Assembly (NCBI GenBank): GCA_040256005.1
Contig: JBDZWC010000105.1
Location: 1-10,363, forward strand
Source: Deinococcaceae bacterium
GTDB taxonomy: Bacteria > Deinococcota > Deinococci > Deinococcales > Trueperaceae
Direction of reading: 5' to 3'
Length of the DNA: 10,363 nt
In this document: in pieces, positions 7,907 through 10,363 of the stretch
How the letters are laid out: every line of letters starts with the position of its first letter
Numbering within the stretch: the stretch's first letter is position 1
Translations under genes and position numbers: made by a program
The notes under the pieces: model-generated
The model's database searches: none
What the model was told of the DNA's origin: nothing
Seen by the model: the letters and a program-made list of their open reading frames with translations, nothing else

Positions 7907-8068
7907 TCGGGGTAGGGATTCTCGGCACCTCGGCTAATCCCCGGACGCGCGTGTCAGGCTCACAGCCGCCGTTCCCGTGCCTCGCGATATGGCAAGTGTA
8001 TCGGACATTGTGCAAGCGTCGTACTCGTAAGGTGGTCGATAAAGCCGGCCCTCTCAAGGCTGCGACGG

Positions 8069-8074
8069 TATGAT
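8069..8074 (+). promoter_or_regulatory. Candidate -10 box (TATGAT) for the TIR gene
   Basis: 5/6 match to TATAAT about 40 nt upstream of the TTG start; no recognisable -35. Confidence 0.35.
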
Positions 8075-8113
8075 GGTGCCGGTAGTGCTGTCGGTATATT
8101 GGAGGGATACAGG

Positions 8114-8809
8114 TTGGCTAGATGCACAGCACCAGTACGGGGCCATCGAACTGCAAGCGGAGCAGCAGACTGTCCAGCGTGCGGCGGCCGATACAGAGGC
8201 TATAACGGGTACAGATCGTACTCCTCCCAGTCCTACTACCCGGTCGGAGCCAGCGGAGGTAGCTTGGGCGGCCGAGGCGGGTCTGGAAGCTCCACAAGGC
8301 CGAGGTGGTCGCGACCCGGCTCCTCCGTCGCATACACGTCTGCCGAAGTTAAGGCCCTTACGCCGGTCCGCGTCAGCGTCGAAAAGCAACTGCACCTGCC
8401 CGATCGACGGGACATTTTTCTTTGCCACGCGTGGGACGACCGGCGAGGGGTCGCGAAGGAGCTGCACGACCTACTCGAATCGCTCGGAGTTTCGGTGTGG
8501 TTCAGCGAGAAGGATGTCGTCCTAGGCATGCCGTTGCTTCGCGAGATCGACAGAGGGCTCGCGAGGTCACGAGTCGGAATTGTTCTCGTGACCCCGGCGC
8601 TATTGCTGAGGCTACGTGGCGAGGGAATTGTGGACAAGGAGCTTTCCGCGCTTCTAGCTCGCGATCTCCTAGTCCCTATCGTGCATGACACTACTTACGA
8701 GGCACTTCGTGAAGTCAGTCCACTTCTTGGATCGCGAAGCGGCCTAAATACTGCCGAGGATACGTTGACTAATGTCGCGGGCAAGCTCGCCGAGTTGATA
8801 GCTGTCTAG
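8114..8809 (+). CDS. TIR-domain protein (TIR_2-like) with N-terminal C-x6-H-x8-C-x2-C motif and low-complexity linker
   Basis: RDIFLCHAWDDR...A.EL...LES.GV.VWF.E.D...G..L.REID.GL..SR.GIVLVTP.L is the TIR fold, with the putative catalytic Glu in DKELSAL (codon 8639-8641). Start TTG 8114 has GGAGGG 7 nt upstream; 231 aa. Confidence 0.9.
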   Translation: MARCTAPVRGHRTASGAADCPACGGRYRGYNGYRSYSSQSYYPVGASGGSLGGRGGSGSSTRPRWSRPGSSVAYTSAEVKALTPVRVSVEKQLHLPDRRDIFLCHAWDDRRGVAKELHDLLESLGVSVWFSEKDVVLGMPLLREIDRGLARSRVGIVLVTPALLLRLRGEGIVDKELSALLARDLLVPIVHDTTYEALREVSPLLGSRSGLNTAEDTLTNVAGKLAELIAV

Positions 8810-8918
8810 GGCTGTCATCGAGCACTATGTGTGCGGCGGGACCCTGGGCGAGCGCGACTGACCTCGGCCCCCTCTACAGAACTTAGTCGATTCTGGCGCC
8901 CCGAAATCTCACTACCCC

Positions 8919-8943
8919 ATTGGGCGGCACGATTCTGCCCAAT
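8919..8943. terminator. Hairpin between the convergent TIR and recombinase genes; possible terminator or protein-binding palindrome
   Basis: ATTGGGCGG-CACGATT-CTGCCCAAT forms a 9-bp stem with one G-U pair, followed by AT-richer ACTGTTATT. There is no clean U-tract. Confidence 0.4.
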
Positions 8944-9037
8944 ACTGTTATTCCAGCGCGTTGTATGCCCGCCGCCTTCCTCCGCACATTCATCAGGGCT
9001 CAATTTATTCGGTTGGCTGAGCCGCATGGTTAGGCGC

Positions 9038-10126
9038 TCACTCCGAATCGATTCCCAAACTCCACTCCCGTACCTCATCGGTATCCTGCGCCGCAGCCAT
9101 ATAGATCTCAGTACTACTCATACTTGCGTGGCGCAGATGGTCACGAACTTTCCGCAGGTCGCTGGTCTGCCGCGCATAGTGCACTCCAGCGAAGTGCCGC
9201 AACCCATGCACGCCCTTGGTAAAGCGCTCAAAGGGCAACCCACGAGCAGACAGCGCCAGGTTCCAAAGCTTCTCGAGTCGCGTATACACACGCGACCGAG
9301 AACGCGTCTCCAACACGAACGGCGCATCTTCGCCGGGTAGGCGAGAGGGCACATCTTGTGAACGGGCAGCCAGGTTCCGTCGCAGCTCCTCGCTCATCGT
9401 CACGGACGCGGTCTTGCCGCCTTTGCCAAACCTCACGGTCAGCCGGCCGCCCCGCAGGTCCACGTCGTCCCAGGTGAGCGACAGCATCTCGGAGACCCGC
9501 AAGCCGGCGTGGGCGCCCAGGAGCAGGATGAGCCTGTCGTCCCAGTCGCGGCTCACGCTGGCCATCCACTCGAGTTCCTCGAGCGTGTACGCCTTCGCCC
9601 TGGCGCGCTCCACTGGCTTCTCGGTGAGCTTGGGTAGGGTGACCTCGGCGAACGGGTCGGCGGTCGAGACCCCGGTCCACCTGAGCGCCTCGTAGAACGC
9701 CCTGGCGGCTGCCACGCGCTGCCGAACCGAAGCCGGCGTGAGGGACTTGGTCGGTTGGCGGCCCTGGCGCCTTTGAGCCTCGACGTGTCGATCCGACGGG
9801 TCGGCCTCGCGCCGCGGGTCGCGCAGCTGCCTCACGTACGCCTCGGCGTCGGCGCGCGTGGGCCGTAGCAGGTCGACGCCGCGCCAAGCCTCCAGGAGTA
9901 GCGTGACGCCCTTGCGGTACGAGGCGATCGTGTTGGCCGAGCGCTGGCGAGCCTCCAGGAACGCCCGCGTGACCAGCCACAGCGAATCATGGTCGCGTTC
10001 AGAGACGGCCTTGGCCGCGAAGCGCCGGCGCTCGGCGTCGCTGAAGCCGATGAAGCGATCCACGAGGGCCAGCTCGGCCTGCGGCGTGTAGCGGACGAGG
10101 GAAGCTGACCTACGAGGCATGGCCAC
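9038..10126 (-). CDS. Tyrosine recombinase/integrase (XerC/D-like)
   Basis: Catalytic set intact: GLRVSE (R), GKGGK (K), HGLRH (HxxR), HLRHAS (H), STEIY (Y). N-terminal SANTIASYR...AARAFY matches the core-binding/SAM-like domain. Start is GTG 10126 or ATG 10120. Confidence 0.93.
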   Translation of the reverse strand: MAMPRRSASLVRYTPQAELALVDRFIGFSDAERRRFAAKAVSERDHDSLWLVTRAFLEARQRSANTIASYRKGVTLLLEAWRGVDLLRPTRADAEAYVRQLRDPRREADPSDRHVEAQRRQGRQPTKSLTPASVRQRVAAARAFYEALRWTGVSTADPFAEVTLPKLTEKPVERARAKAYTLEELEWMASVSRDWDDRLILLLGAHAGLRVSEMLSLTWDDVDLRGGRLTVRFGKGGKTASVTMSEELRRNLAARSQDVPSRLPGEDAPFVLETRSRSRVYTRLEKLWNLALSARGLPFERFTKGVHGLRHFAGVHYARQTSDLRKVRDHLRHASMSSTEIYMAAAQDTDEVREWSLGIDSE

Positions 10127-10253
10127 TCAGTTTCACGCGCAGAGACCTCCAAGAGAACAGGTGCCGGGAAGACAGCCCAGCAATAAGTCGCAGACCACGT
10201 AACGAGATACCCGAGAGACCCTCACAGCACCGGTCTCAACGAGCATATCAACC

Positions 10254-10281
10254 AGAGAACATAATGCTGCTTATGTTTTCA
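10254..10281. other. dif-like tyrosine-recombinase core site (11-6-11)
   Basis: AGAGAACATAA-TGCTGC-TTATGTTTTCA. The arms are inverted repeats (9/11 match) and share CATAA-N6-TTATGTT with E. coli dif (GGTGCGCATAA-TGTATA-TTATGTTAAAT). It is an AT-rich patch just upstream of the recombinase gene. Confidence 0.8.
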
Positions 10282-10363
10282 CACACCCGGGGGAGAGGTC
10301 GATCGGGATCTCAGCTGAAGCTGCGACGCGTCATCGCGCCCCACTTGCCACGCTTGCTCCTGA

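Noticed and set aside
6491..7941. Short palindromes CCACT-N7-AGTGG (6491-6507) and GGGATT-N15-AATCCC (7915-7941)
   Set aside because: Stems of only 5-6 bp are within chance expectation, and there is no U-tract or second copy.
8114..8809. TIR gene as Thoeris thsB or a CBASS/Pycsar effector
   Set aside because: No ThsA (SIR2/SLOG or TM-macro), cyclase, STING or cNMP-binding partner or domain is visible in the window.
7907..9037. tRNA/tmRNA attachment site or integron attC sites near the recombinase
   Set aside because: No cloverleaf or T-loop pattern and no repeated attC-like structure was seen, and the recombinase lacks an obvious IntI-specific insertion.
8815..9340. ORFs 8815-9078 (-) and 8831-9340 (+) as possible TIR partner genes
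   Set aside because: Both overlap the recombinase 3' end and have no convincing RBS or recognisable motifs.
7910..9639. Two GGGTAGGG (KOPS-like GGGNAGGG) octamers at 7910-7917 and 9632-9639 pointing toward the dif-like site
   Set aside because: About two per strand per 10 kb are expected by chance at this GC content, so they are uninformative without genome-wide skew.

Overview
GC-rich bacterial accessory-type region. The recombinase type and short TANNNT-to-ATG spacing tentatively suggest Deinococcota; this is inference only. Left to right: (1) a >560-aa multi-pass membrane protein on the minus strand, missed by the ORF track because it runs off the left edge, built from two ~281-aa repeats with a pore-loop-channel-like look but no K+ filter; (2) a GNAT-like acetyltransferase; (3) a frameshifted GNAT pseudogene; (4) a three-domain VOC/glyoxalase + DinB-like + SRPBCC fusion; (5) a membrane bacterial-PH-domain protein; (6) a secreted, probably chimeric hypothetical protein; (7) a DHFR/RibD-C family protein; (8) an amidase-signature enzyme; (9) a standalone TIR protein with an N-terminal CHCC zinc-type motif and a G/S/Y/R low-complexity linker; (10) a tyrosine recombinase with an 11-6-11 dif-like site about 130 bp upstream. 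The best leads are the recombinase with its dif-like site next to the TIR gene, and the duplicated channel-like membrane protein. No tRNA, rRNA or CRISPR array was seen. All family calls are from motif recognition by eye, not database searches.
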